A DNA stretch of 64,000 nt, from contig NC_043005.1 in the NCBI RefSeq assembly GCF_006345805.1, positions 91,512,001 to 91,576,000 of the forward strand. Reading direction: 5' to 3'. Origin of the DNA: Octopus sinensis. Lineage: Eukaryota. Below the pieces are notes generated by a model. The model was given only the letters and a program-made list of their open reading frames with translations, searched no databases and was not told the DNA's origin. Of this stretch, positions 1-12,673 are shown piece by piece (position 1 is the first letter of the stretch; each line of letters starts with the position of its first letter). The translations under genes were made by a program, and so were the position numbers.

Positions 1-106
1 TGGTCACAGCTGAAATGATCAAAAGTCTACTCAATTAAGGCTGATCTTGAGTAAAACAGTGCAGACAACAGCAACAGTCTCAGTTGTAAAATGTGTAGGT
101 GGTTAT

Positions 107-490
107 GAGGTGCAGGCATGGCTATGTGGTAAGAAGTTTTTTGCTTCCTGACCACATGGTTCTCAGTTCAGTCCTACTGTGTAGCACTTTAGGCAGGCTA
201 ACCTAAGCCTTGTGGAAAGATTTGATAGACTGAAACTAAAAGAAGCATCTTGTGTGTGTGTGTATGCGCATGTGATACTGTCTCCTTGCCTTGTCATTGT
301 GTGATAGTTGCAAACAAGTATTGTCATGCAAGCAGTGTCCTTAGTTACTAAACTTCCATGAAAACATGTCTAGTCATGGAGAAATGTTACCTTACTTGGA
401 AACAGGTTAGGGTTGGTTATAGGAACGACATCCCAACAAAGGAAAATCTACCTCAACAAATTCTGTTCAACCCATGCAAGCATGGAAACA
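107..490 (+). mobile_element. degenerate tRNA-derived SINE
   Basis: Head ggtgcaggcatggctatgtggtaagaag...ccacatggttctcagttcagtcc, central gatttgatagactgaaact..aagaagc block, and a (TG)n insert. The same family recurs throughout the window. Confidence 0.7.
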
Positions 491-1065
491 AATAGATTGC
501 AGAACAATTGATGATAATAATAAAAGATGTGTCTTGATACAGTTTCTGTCTTTGATCAGTGACTCTTATCCAAGGGTTGTGCAATGGAATCACATGGTTC
601 CAAGTCATTATTAACCTTTTTGTTACCATATTTCTGAAAAGCACTATTTTAAATAACGAGGGATTTTGTAAAATAACTTTTTCATTATTGAGTTGATGTT
701 TGGAACCGAGATTAACATGAAATTTTGATGGGAGGTTTTGGTTTAGATCACTTCAAAGAGGAAGTTTGTATCCTAGAACCTGGGGTCAATTTCAGGTGAG
801 TTAATAAGAGTTTGAGATTTCATTGAAATAACCAGCTCAGGTTTTTAAATTCAGCTTTTGCTCTCTCCATCTTCAAAAGTAGAATTTGTAGAAATTACAG
901 AATAGGTCATTATCTTCCAAGCTGTATTAATATTGGAAGCAATACAAAAAGGAAGAAGTATCACAGTGGATTAAGACGGCTCTGCTAAAGTTGCTTGGTT
1001 TGCAAATTGCATTTGTAGTTTCATTCAGCTCCTGAAATTTTGCTCTTTTCCTTTGTACATTGTAG

Positions 1066-1205
1066 AACCAGTAAAGAAAGTCAAAAAACGTCAAAGGATT
1101 GAACTTCCAGAATATTCTGCAGAGACGTTTGCATCTACAGCTGCTGTAGCGTATACTCCTTCCATTGACATCACTCTTGATTCAAAGCCTGAACAAAAAA
1201 TAAAG
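1066..1205 (+). CDS. DNAJC1: DNAJC1-like, internal coding exon (upstream exons lie outside the window)
   Basis: tgtag acceptor and AAG|gtaaat donor. Encodes (E)PVKKVKKRQRIELPEYSAETF...EQKIK and leaves in phase 0, matching the next exon. Confidence 0.75.
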
Positions 1206-1494
1206 GTAAATAAATTATTCATCATTGTTTTAACATTCACTTTTTCCATGCTGGGTTAGCATGAAGCAGTATTCAACAGCCAGATGTCCTTTTTGTTGCC
1301 ATTTCACTAAAAACTTTCTGGTTGAATATCACATGGGATTTTTACATTTTGTGAATATTAGAGATTGCATTGACTTAATTTTAGGTCAACGTGAAAGAAA
1401 TAAAATACGTGTTCTCTTCAGCTGTAAAGAAGTATTTAACATTTTCAATTACCAAAATACTATGATTTCTTTTTAGAAAATTGTTATTGTTACC

Positions 1495-1746
1495 AGCATC
1501 GCCTTACTGGCATCTGTGCTGGTGGCATGTGTAAAAGATTCGAGCGAGGTCGTTGCCAGTACCGCCTGACTGGCACGTAAAAGCACCCACTACACTCTCG
1601 GAGTGGTTGGTGTTAGGAAGGGCATCCAGCTGTAGAAACTCTGCCAGATCAAGATTGAAGCCTGGTGTAGCCATCTGGTTCGCCAGCCCTCAGTCAAATC
1701 GTCCAACCCATGCTAGCATGGAAAGCGGATGTTAAATGATGATGAT
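1495..1746 (+). mobile_element. 5'-truncated RTE LINE 3'UTR copy with (ATG)n tail
   Basis: cacgtaaaagcacccactacactc...ttaggaagggcatccagc...catgctagcatggaaagcggatgttaaatgatgatg. Same sequence as the tails of the ORF-bearing RTE copies at 27180-28498 and 53900-54920. Confidence 0.8.
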
Positions 1747-2305
1747 ATTATGATAGAAGTAGCTTTCATACTTTATTTATAAATAACTGCTGTTTTTGTC
1801 TTGCTGGTTTATATTTAACTAAAGATTTTTTTGGGTGGGGGTGAATGCGTGTTGTTTAGTGGTTAGGGTGTTGCACTCATGATGTAGGATTATAGTTTCA
1901 ATTCCTAGATTGGGCAGTGCATTGTGTTCTGGAGCAAAACACTTCATTTCACATTGTTCCAGTCCACTCAGCTGTAAATAAGTAACCCTGACAGACTGAC
2001 ATTCTGTTTAATAGGAATGTTGTGAGCTTAGCCATGTAAACAACATGAAAATTGGGTAGCCCTTTGGCTCCTGGGACTTGAGATAATTATGTCTTAGGGC
2101 TGATAACAACTAAGAAAAAAAGTTAGTATCAAAGTCAGATTTGGCTGTTTCTGTTATTTATTATTACTTTATGAATAAGTTTTAATCTTTGTGCTTTTGA
2201 TTATTTATCTATATTCCAAGATAACTTTTATATCACATGTTCATGAGGAAAACTAGCTCTCACAGTAGAAATAAACAGGTTTCCTTTATTTACATGTAAA
2301 TATAG

Positions 2306-2428
2306 TCTGGTGTTGAATGGAATGAAGAAGAATATGCTTTGCTGGCCAGAGCTATTGCAAAATACCCTGGAGGAACTACGGGTCGGTGGGAAAAAGTAGC
2401 TGAGATGGTGGCTCGACCGGTTTCAGAG
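2306..2428 (+). CDS. DNAJC1: DNAJC1-like exon, SANT domain 1
   Basis: tatag acceptor and GAG|gtaaca donor. SGVEWNEEEYALLARAIAKYPGGTTGRWEKVAEMVARPVSE resembles DNAJC1 SANT1 (KFPGGTPGRWEKIA). Confidence 0.9.
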
Positions 2429-3354
2429 GTAACATTCTAATTATTATTATATGTATAATTATTTATAATAAAGGAGGCAAGGGTGTTCCAAAATAACTTT
2501 TATCCTTTAAAAGTATGTTTTTTAATAAATGTATCATTTGCCGTGTGTTTGATGTAGACGACCCTAAAATAGTTAGATATCCATTTGTGTGCAATTTTAC
2601 GTTGCTGAATTCAAATTTTGTTTCTTTTCTTAAACATTTATATAAATACAAGTAGTTAAATTCAATTGACTTTATCTTCTTCCTCGAATAACAAAGGACA
2701 TTAAATCTAATCAAAAACAACTATTTAGAACATAGTTTATAATGACCATTTGGCTTTATTCTACTAAATATAGCCTTGTTTTTGAATATCATGTTCTCTA
2801 TTTTCATTTCGTGTTATTTTTATCTGTTACTCATCTAATGTTTAGATTCTAAATATTCAGCAAGCTCTATTTAATTTGGCATTTAAATTTAGTTTCTCAT
2901 TGTTTAGTGTATATTTATTTGTTTACATATGTATGTGTACACACACACACAGGACTTTCATCATCCTCTATATAGCTCTAAGCAATATAAAAAAGCAAGG
3001 AAATGAAGTTGGCATTTTATTAATTTTTTTAATAGTATTTTTCATCTATCATTATTTTTACACTAGAATAATTTCAGGTTCTCTTTCCAAAATTGGACAT
3101 TTATATTTCCATAAAATGTGCTTCTTACAGTTAATGAAGTCTGTTGTCAGACTGAAGCAAGTAGGGTAATAAGTTTTGTCTCAAGCATGAAATAAAGTAT
3201 GCCTAAGAGTTCAGAGGACCAAACTAAAAGACATCTTTCTTTCAAGTACTCTTCATGTATCCAGGAATGTAAAGAAGTTCTGTTTTTTTTGAAAATATAA
3301 GTTAAATTATTAAAAAAATCACTACTGCTATCACCATTCATTTTTGAATTACAG

Positions 3355-3418
3355 GTTATAAGCAAATCAAAAAGCAACAAGAAAAACATTCTAGCAAATT
3401 CTATATCAGGCTTACAAG
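3355..3418 (+). CDS. DNAJC1: DNAJC1-like exon
   Basis: ttacag acceptor and G|gtcagt donor. VISKSKSNKKNILANSISGLQ, phase 0 in and phase 1 out, which fits both neighbours. Confidence 0.75.
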
Positions 3419-4163
3419 GTCAGTTGTTTTTCTCTTTTTAAATAAGCATGTGGCCTAGTGGTTTGTGTGTTGTATTCAGAAGCATATGGTTGTGTGTTCA
3501 ATTCCTGGACTGGCTGGTGCATTGTCTTCTTGAGCAAGGCATTTTACTTTATGTTGTTCCACTCTACACAGCTGAAAATGAGTACCACCCAGTACTAGTA
3601 CACCTCTCACTGTGTTCGTTTGTTATTTGTTTCACTGAGTCAAAGGTTAGAGGGCTGAGAGTGTGTCTATGCCATCTTACAACTCCGTAGACATCTAAAT
3701 CAATAAAAACAAGGTACATGCTGTAAAGTCATACTTGCTTGTGAATGACAGCTATGGGTGGTTTGGATTAATTTATTATCTCTTTTCCCTTAACTGGAAA
3801 CTTTCATACATTGGCCCTTTCTCTTCCCTTTTCAGTTTTCTATAGTAGTGGTTTCATATCTCTTGAACTTGCTGTGTGCATTTGGCTTCTCTTTGAATTT
3901 ATTCCATTTCATGCATGTCTGTACATTTCACCATCTGCACTCAATTTCTCTCTCTAAACACCTACCTCAATTATCATTCAAAGTTTTCCATTCTATACCT
4001 TATTATGTCATGGTACTTCTTTCTATTTCAAATATACTTGTTTTACACTAACCTCCATCTGTTTGATTCCATATTAACTGCACCAATATTACTCATCACC
4101 ACCATTCTGAATCAAGAGCCTTCTCTACCAAGTTAAGATTATTGCCATATTCAAGGAGAGTGC

Positions 4164-4578
4164 CTCTCCTTCAATATGGCAATAAGTATTGTCACCCTTA
4201 CCAACAATAACTCTGAGCACCTTTTCAAATTCCACCTGTCTAACACCCGTGGACATGTTTACAAAGTCAGAAAACAGCACAGCTCCTATGACTTTCGGAA
4301 ACATTTTTTCATGCTAAGAGTTGCTGAAGCATGGAACAAACTGCCGGCATCAGTTGTTAGTTGTCGGAGCACTGCATCCTTCAAAACTTCCATGCTTCCC
4401 GAGATTCGCCAACACTACACCTGATTTTCTCCCCTCCATACACACGCAAACATGTATCTGACTCATACACTGTTCACTTTCCAGACATTTGTACATTACT
4501 GCATATGCTTTATATGCACTTTTGACAAGTTGTGGTGCACCTGAGCACTGTATACAATAATTTCATTATTATTATTAT
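4164..4578 (+). mobile_element. CR1-clade LINE 3' end in a DNAJC1 intron
   Basis: ORF 4176-4424 contains TRGHVYKVRK...RKHFFMLRVAEAWNKLPASVV...SFK, the CR1 RT C-terminal signature, and is followed by an (ATT)n tail. Confidence 0.8.
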
Positions 4579-4702
4579 CAATCTTTTTTATAACCATCAT
4601 TGACATTGTTCTGACATTCCAGTTTCTTCTAATTTCTCTTTCTTATAAACCTTTGTTTAAAAATTCATTTTTCTTATTTTATTATTTCTTCTTTTTTTTC
4701 AG

Positions 4703-5139
4703 ATAGTGTAAATGTTAAACCAACAACAAAATCGAACTTTGTTAATGACAACATTATATCTACTAAAATGAATTCGGAAGTATTTTTAGATACAATGTAT
4801 GGTTCTCAAACGCCAAGTGAAGAGAAAGGACTCTCATCTAATCAAAAGAAAAAAAACAATATTAAAACTGTAGCACAAAATATTGGTTCAATTGAAACAG
4901 TTGAGTCTGAAAAGGTCCAGACAAACAGTGTACCCTCAAAATCTCTATCAACTACTGATAGAAGCAATAGTAGCAGTCATAGTTCCCATATCAAAGTAAC
5001 TGATGAAATGTCAAGAGACACTCCAGATTTCTGGTCTCAGGCTGATCAGATGACTTTTGAAAAGATGTTGCGGTTGTATCCAAAAGGTACTGAGTTAAGA
5101 TGGGAAAAAATTGCTGAAAAAATCCCTTCAAAATCTAAG
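4703..5139 (+). CDS. DNAJC1: DNAJC1-like exon, Ser/Thr-rich linker and SANT domain 2
   Basis: Polypyrimidine tract with cag acceptor and AAG|gtatga donor. Ends FWSQADQMTFEKMLRLYPKGTELRWEKIAEKIPSKSK. Confidence 0.9.
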
Positions 5140-5237
5140 GTATGAAGCAGTTTTCCTTTTCAAATAAATTAAATTTTGTTACTGTTCAAGACTGTGGCAT
5201 AAACTAGTTTATGTATATTCGTTACTTTTTATTATAG

Positions 5238-5312
5238 GAGGACTGCATTTTACGATTCAAATATTTGGTAAGCATGATTAAAAAGAAGAAAGAAAGTTCA
5301 GCAATGACGTAA
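5238..5312 (+). CDS. DNAJC1: DNAJC1-like last coding exon
   Basis: tatag acceptor. EDCILRFKYLVSMIKKKKESSAMT* completes SANT2 (compare DNAJC1 SKSKEDCIARYKLLVELVQKKK). TAA at 5310-5312. Confidence 0.9.
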   Translation, partial: EDCILRFKYLVSMIKKKKESSAMT

Positions 5313-5495
5313 GGCCACAGAGGTAAGAAAACAAATGAAGGTATTGCTATAACTAATATGTAATTTCCAATATCAATTGTCATTCATTGTTATTCATTTA
5401 TACCCTTGATTATATGGATTTTTTTTTTCCTTTTCCATTATATATCATATATACACGCACACACACATGTATGCATGTGTGTTTATATGCATATA

Positions 5496-5548
<53 letters not shown>

Positions 5549-5634
5549 AAATTGGAAAAAAACACCTTTTATCAATTCAAAGTGAGCGGTTGGGTTGCAC
5601 CATCTGGAGAGTTGCATATGGTAGAAATATTAAA

Positions 5635-5888
5635 ATTACGGTGGCATGTAAAAAGCACCATCTGATTGTGGCCGTTTGCCAGCCTCGTCTGGCATCTGTG
5701 CTGGTGGCACGTAAAAAGCACCCACTACACTCACGGAGTGGTTGGTGTTAGGAAGGGCATCCAGCCGTAGAAACATTGCCAGATCAGACTGGGCCTGGTG
5801 CAGCCTTCTGGCTTCCCAGACCCCAGTTGAACCGTCCAACCCATGCTAGCATGGAAAGCGGACGTTAAATGATGATGATGATGATGAT
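5635..5888 (+). mobile_element. RTE 3'UTR copy
   Basis: Same family motifs; (GAT)n tail. Confidence 0.8.
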
Positions 5889-7402
5889 TTAACACATTTC
5901 TTCTTTGACATGATATTTTATCTTCATTTTTGAAGCAGGGTAACTTATGACAAAATTCTTTGAAAGTTGTTTAATACAAAAAGAAAATTGAAAGTATTGA
6001 TGTATTATTAGCTTTAGTACCCAATAAACCCTCACCACCAAAAGGAAAATGTATGTTGTCAAGTTAGCAGCTGAATCGTGTGTTTTTAACATTAGTTTCC
6101 TGATGTAAGATATTAAGTATGTAGAATTGGTAAGACCTACAGTAAAAAAATGTCTTGCAGAATATAGTTACAGCTATGAGTTTAAATAACACAGGTTAAT
6201 TTTACCTTTCGTCCTTTCAGAGTTGATAAAATAAAGTACTGCTCAAGTATAGGGATCAGTTTAATTGAGTTTATCTTGTAGTCAGATTTGAGGCTTTGTG
6301 TCTAATTAAGAAATCAGTATGACTGTTATATGTAATAGAAAAAAAACTGTGACATGTAGGTTGAAAGCCAGAAATTTGGGAGAAGTGTTAGTCAATTAAA
6401 TCAACCCCAGTATTGGTCTACTACATTATTTTGTCAATAGTCCCAGAAGAATGGAAGGCAAATTGACCTGGCAGGATTTGAACTTAGAATGTAAAGAGGT
6501 GGAACAAATACCACAATACTCTATCAATTCTGTCATAGAAATTTATATCACTTTTCAATGATTAGATTGGAGTGAGAACTTTAGAATTAGTACTTTCTTC
6601 TAAGTGGTTTGCACAAATCTTACCCGGATTATTTTTGACTTTCTCTCCTCTGGAGAATGTAATTGCCAAAATCAGCTAAAAGACAGAGTAATTCTAGCGT
6701 GTTTGGGGGATTTGTGTCTTCAAATGTGAATTTTTTCTCAACAACTTATTATTAATAGATCTGCACTTTGTCTACAAAGGATCAGTTTGAAAACAAACAA
6801 TTCCTACAAGGTCTTTAATTTATCACTGATAATTCATAGGAATTTCACAACTTAAGCTGTATACTAAAAAAGGTATGAACTAACAAAGAAATCCCTACAT
6901 GGTCACTCAGCTTGCTAGAAATAGAAATCAAATATCCTTTGAACCACACTTCCATCTGAAAAAAGAAAACATTAGATGATGAAGTGTGTAAATCATCATT
7001 ATCATCATCATTTAATGTCTACCTTCCATGCTGGCGTGAGTTGGTTAGTTTGAGTGATGCTGGCCAAGCTCTACTGTTTGTAGAAGACTGTGCCAAGCTC
7101 TACTGTTTGTTTTGGTATGGTTCCTAATGCCAAACACTTTACAGTGTACTGGGTGCTCTTTATGTGGCACCAGCATCAGTGAGGTCTCCAGATAAATTTG
7201 TTAATCAGGATGAATTCAGGAGTAAAAACTTTAAGGTAGTAAAACTGAAAAGAAGGCTCTTATTTTGAAATTTACTCTGCTTTTGTACGAAATTCATTGT
7301 ATCTAGGTCCATCCTTATTACATTGCCTTAGGTACATCCTTACTGATAATAAATTATCAATCTAAGCTTTTTGCTTTAATAGTTTCTTTTATTTTGTTTC
7401 AG

Positions 7403-7700
7403 GGTTTCTAACTGACTATTGAAATTTACTGCTGGATGCTTGAGAATGCTTGACGAACAAGTGTTGTTTTCAATATAAAGTCTCCACACATCATTTATAT
7501 TAAAATACCAAAGAATATACCTCATTTGTTGCTTCTTCAGAGCTGGAATAGAATGAAAAAAAATACTCTTTGTTTTGTTGCTATTAAATACTTTTGTTAC
7601 TGGAAGTTACCATTTAATACACTGGAAAACAAAACTAGATTCATTTGGTGATCAGAACTGTTAATCATTGTTACATTATGTCTTTCTTTCTATAAAAAAC
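7403..7700 (+). other. probable non-coding terminal (3'UTR) exon of the DNAJC1-like gene; 3' end uncertain
   Basis: GAG|gtaag donor at 5323, ten nt after the stop, and a strong acceptor tttctttttattttgtttcag ending at 7402. Repeat-free AT-rich sequence with ATTAAA motifs follows. Confidence 0.5.
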
Positions 7701-8958
7701 ACAGGTATATACTCACATTTCATAAAGTACATTTCCATATGGTATTGGTATACCTCACTGGGCCTTGCAGAATTATTTCAGGTTATTTCATATGTAATAC
7801 ATTTTTATTTTAAATATATGAAATCTTTTACTAAAAATGATCACCATGTATGTCTATTAGTGTTTTATATGTGTCTTTGTATATATGTAAATGTTTTTAT
7901 GTTTGTGGGTGCTTGTTTGAATATGCAAACATAAACATGTTTATTTCTATGTATATAAAAATATAAAAACAGTTAAATGTATATATCTAGAATAGAGAGA
8001 AACAGAGAGTGTGTGTGTGTTGTTCACAATTTTTAGAGCAAGATGTATTTCTGTATGTAGATATATACATACACACAGATATGGTGCTGCTTCTTGATAA
8101 CATTTGGTCTTCTGTACTACTTTCAAAGAAGTTCTGATTTTAATAACTGCCTCAGACACAGATTTCAATCAAGAATCTCTTAACTCTTATTTCTAATTTA
8201 TTTTTTCGCCAAATATAAATGATATCAAAGACAAACATAATCATTTGGTCAGTATTTGTTTGTTCTTTTGTTGTAGCCTGTTATCTGCACTGTAAACAAT
8301 ATTTTTGTAGCAAAGAAACATCAAGATTGGCTTGGAGAATGTCTGTTGAATATTTCTATGATGGACGGAATTTATTATACTAACTCTTCCCAACATAAAA
8401 AACTGTAGTCATGATGAAAGACTATTAGTAAGATTGAACAACATTCCAACATGTAGGACTTGTAGTTCAGTTGATTACATTCCTTGAGACAGGATTTATA
8501 CTTTTGATATTTTAGTCAGTTACTATGTTTTTTTTTAAAAAAAAAACATAATTCTAGTTGTTTTCTTTTATACTTGTACAAAACTCTCCACCCATCCCAA
8601 ATTTTCAGTGTTTATATCAGTTGCAGTTTATTGTTGAAGTGTTATATAACTTTATGTATTAAATGTTAATTATAATTTATGATTTTTTATAAATGGGATA
8701 TATACTATTTTTATAAAAATATATATTTAACTGTAAATAGTAAAATAGAAGTGAACCATATACACCTATCTTTGAAAGTTTTCAATTCATATTAAGGCTA
8801 ATTTAATGCAGCTGGTAGAAAAGTAGTGCATCTATAATACATTTATAAAAATAGAATAACTTTTAATTTGAAGAATTTAAAAGCCAAGTGATTCTGTTTC
8901 AATTATGTTACTGTTAACAGTTGAAGCCAGGTGAGTCTTTTACAATTATATATCATCA

Positions 8959-9499
8959 CTAGTATTATAACCCGATTTCATTCGGGTCTACTCGGCCAAT
9001 GTTTTAAAGATGAGAAATTTTGCCCTAGAGGCCAAGCCTTTCAATTGAGCAAACTCAAAGTTGCGATGCAAACTCGCCAGCACTTTTAACATAGGTGTGC
9101 AAATTTTCAGCTCAATCCGACCACATATGCACACATTATATATATACATACGCATTAAATATAAAATATAAAGTGGGAAAGAGAGATAATGGAAGCTGTC
9201 AAACATTGTTACAGAGAGAAAGTGGAGGGAAGGGAGGAAAGAGAGAGATGGAGGGAGAAGGGGTGTTAGCCAAAAGAGAGAAACGGCAAACACTTGTTAA
9301 AGTTTGTTTAAAGATGATGAATTTTGCCCTAGTGGCCACGCTTTTCAATGGAGCAAACTGAAATTTGCCATGCATACTCACCAGCACATTCCCCACAGTT
9401 GTGCACATTTTCAGCTCAATCTGACCACGTTTACTAACACCTTTGCCTGCACAACTGCAGCTGAGACAACGTCAGTCTTTTCCACAAATATATAATTGA
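8959..9499 (-). mobile_element. non-autonomous Helitron
   Basis: On the minus strand: hairpin ACCCGA-N6-TCGGGT (8970-8987), a 7-nt spacer and terminal CTAG followed by T. Candidate A|TC 5' end near 9499. An internal block of about 120 bp is repeated (9005-9125 vs 9310-9430). Confidence 0.6.
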
Positions 9500-10379
9500 T
9501 TAACAGTTGAATTTCTCTCATAAGACAAAGTAAAATCAATTTTGCCAAATTTCTATGTAGTTACCATTTTTCAAAGAAGTAGACAAGGATTAATATTAAC
9601 ATAGACAACAATATAAAAATGGAGAGAAAAGGAAAGAGTAAGAAAATGAGTCCCATTTGCATATAAAGATAAAATTTGCCAAGTAATTTCCCTATTATTT
9701 TTACATAATTAACATTAAGTAAGCAATTAATAATTAACTTGTGCAAAATGTGTTGTGTCAAATATATTTGTGGATAAATATTGGTACTTTCCAAGTTTCA
9801 TCAACCAATTATTTATATACTAAATAAACCATTGAACAATTGCTCGATTCCTTCTCTTTTCTTTCTCCATGAGGTAGTGATAACCATTCTGAAAGCCTGC
9901 CAATCATCTGTTTCAGAAATCTATTGGTTTATTTACTAATCCTTTAGTATATAAAAAAAAAATTTGTCAATATCAGTAAAGTACCGATATAGTTTTGTAA
10001 TAACCTCTATAGGTGTTTGAAAGTTACAGTGCAGCTTAAATGAACTTAGTGACTAGATTAGCATAAAATGACATATTTGAGAAATCTGAATAGAATAAGT
10101 GTAAAGTAAATATATTGAACTGGAATCTTAACATTCTTGAGTTCAGTCTTTGTGCAAAGAACCAGTATATCACATCCAGTCTGTCTCACTGACTTCATTA
10201 ATGAATGGTAAACGAACCATTTGGAAAATTACTTCAACAATTCCTGTCTTTCATTGCAGTAGTATTTAATATACAATTAGCATGGGATACTGGACAAAGA
10301 TTTGTTAAAGATGTAATCTTTTATGTTATTATGAAAAAAGAATACAAACATAATTGAGGTGAGACAATCATTTAAGAAC

Positions 10380-10523
10380 ATGGGCACAGATGTGGTTGTG
10401 TGGTTAAGAAACTTGGTCTGCAACCACATAGTTTTGGGTTCAGTCTTACTGCACAGCATCTTAGACAAGTTGAACAATGCCTTGCAAGTGAATTTTGGTA
10501 AACAAAAACTGTGGAGGCCTCTC

Positions 10524-10559
<36 letters not shown>

Positions 10560-10780
10560 GTGTCTGTTCAGGACCCTACTGCTTGTGAACCAGTGTTGAT
10601 TTGCTTATGTCTCTGTACCTTGGCCAGTTTGATAAAAGACTAATAAAATACAAACCAGGCTTAAAGAAAATTAGTATTGAAGTCAATTTGTTCAACTAAA
10701 ACCCTTCAAAGCAGTGCCCCAGCATGGGCACAGTCCAGTGACTGACACAAGTAAAACATAGCCAATTGCCAGTTGTAAAA
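10380..10780 (+). mobile_element. tRNA-derived SINE
   Basis: tRNA-like head, (CT)n(CA)n insert and tail gtgccccagcatgggcacagtccagtgactgacacaagtaaaa. Confidence 0.7.
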
Positions 10781-11319
10781 GGCTATTCCTTTGTTTTATT
10801 TTATTTTGTGTGTTGCAGAGATACACAACATGCTCTTAGGTTACTGGAATCATATATTTCCCCACAAATATTCAGTGTCTGGTCAAAATAATTTCAGCAA
10901 TAAATGCAACGGAATAGTGCAGCATAAATCTCATCAGTTTCAGGTGAACACAGCTTTATTTTAAAGTTTTAATGTAGCTGAATGCTATGTGCCATCAAAT
11001 ATAATGACTGTTCCTTGACACTACCTCATATCACAGATTTCCTAGACTCTGTGCTCTTGCTTTCATTTCCCCACATATTGATAATAGTAGCATCAGTAAA
11101 AGATACTTCTTAGAAATATTTAGGATGGGATTTGAAATTCTAGCACACACAGTCATACCTTGCCATATCGTGGTTCACCTGTCGCGGTTTCTTATTTAAG
11201 CTTACGTCAATTCTTCTGTGGTGTTGCTTTGCATTTATAATAAAATAAATATATACAAATTAAATATAAAAAAAAATACAGTACAGTACTATTTCTACTT
11301 TGCGAATTTTCACCTATTG

Positions 11320-11498
11320 GCGTAGGAGTGACTGTGGTAAGTAACTTGCTCACCAACCACATGGTTCCGGGTTCCGTCCCACTGCGTGAAGTGTCTTCTG
11401 CTATAGCCTCAGGCCGACCAAAGCCTTGTGATTTGGTAGACGGAAACTGAAAGAAGCCCGTCGTATATATGTGTGTGTGTGTGTGTATATATATATAT
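11320..11498 (+). mobile_element. tRNA-derived SINE 5' half (young copy)
   Basis: ggcgtaggagtgactgtggtaagtaacttgctcaccaaccacatggttccgggttccgtccc...tttggtagacggaaactgaaagaagcccgtcg, then (TG)n(TA)n. Confidence 0.8.
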
Positions 11499-11499
11499 A

Positions 11500-11560
11500 C
11501 TAGCTGAAGGTGACCCGCTCTACGCGCGGGTAAGAGTGTGGTTGTTACTTTCTGTTGCTT
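11500..11560 (-). mobile_element. Helitron 3' terminus
   Basis: Minus strand ACCCGC-gcgtaga-GCGGGT hairpin (11513-11531), a 9-nt spacer and CTAG|T at 11500-11503. Confidence 0.65.
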
Positions 11561-11561
11561 C

Positions 11562-11848
11562 CTTTCAGCACGTAAAAAGCACCATCCGAACGTGGCGGAT
11601 TGCAGCGCCACCTTGACTGGCTCCTGTGCCGGTGGCACGTAAAAAGCACCAACCGATCGTGGACGCTCCCAGCCCCCCTGGCACCTGTGCCGGCGGCACG
11701 AAAAAAGCACCCACTACGCTCACAGAGTGGTTGGCGTTAGGAAGGGCATCCACCTGTAGAAACACTGCCAGATCAGACTGGAGCCTGGCCTGGTGCAGCC
11801 TCCTGGCTTCTCAGACCCCTGTCCAACCCGTGCTAGCACGGAAAACGG
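11562..11848 (+). mobile_element. RTE 3'UTR copy with 3 tandem subrepeats
   Basis: Three cacg(t/a)aaaaagcacc units; ends aaacggacgttaaacgatgatgatg. Confidence 0.8.
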
Positions 11849-12504
11849 ACGTTAAACGATGATGATGATTCTCCCTCTTTGTTTCTCTCTCCTTTCTCAC
11901 TTTCCCCACTCTCTTACTCTTCCTTTCTCTCGGACTATCCCTCGCTTTCTCTTACTCTCTATCTTTATCTATCTCTCTCCCATTTATAAACAACAAAAGA
12001 TCTTGAGTAAGTTGAGAAATAAAATATTTAGAAAGATCAATCATAAATATCAGGCAGTAACAACGGAAAGGTCTGCTTCAAGGCAGACAGCAAAACACTA
12101 ACATTTAAAAGGGACAGACGAACTTGCGAGCTGAATAAAAATAATAAAATATTGGAAACCAAAGTTTGAAGGGATAGAATGTGAGGATAGTAGAGTCACC
12201 ATGGCTGGCATTTCTTAACGACGGACAGCAACGTATTGACAGTTCAATGGCTGGCGTAAAATTTTGAACTTGATGTAAAAGAAAAACCCTAAACACCAAG
12301 TTTTGAGGTGATTCTTTCTCACGACAGTAGACTCACCATGGCAAGCATTCAAAACTTCATCATGGACGGCAACACATTGACGATTAAAAGGCTGGCGCAA
12401 ATTTTTTAGCTTGATGTAACAGAGAATTCCTAAACACCCGCTCCTTTAAATTTTAATCCCCTTCCAGCCCCATTTAGACCCCTTTTCACATTTTGGTTAA
12501 TATA

Positions 12505-12673
12505 ACCCGATGTCATTCGGGTGTACTGGGGCCACATTTTATAAGATGAGGAATTTTGTCCTAGAGGTCACGCCTTTCATTTGAGGAAAAAAAATAGTTG
12601 TCATGCAAACTTGCCAGCACTTTTAACAGGTGTGTGCATATTTTCAGCTGAACCGACCGACCACATAATGCAC

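Noticed and set aside
100-200. tRNA-like sequences here and at 11320, 29750, 33950 and 39750
   Set aside because: These are SINE heads with A/B-box remnants, not complete cloverleaf tRNA genes.
760-800. Apparent exon with a CAG|GTGAGT donor
   Set aside because: It lies inside a dispersed MITE-like repeat (about 610-810), and I could not fit it to DNAJC1.
11562-11720. Regularly spaced cacgtaaaaagcacc direct repeats resembling a CRISPR array
   Set aside because: Eukaryotic context; they are subrepeats of the RTE 3'UTR with related spacers, and no cas genes are present.
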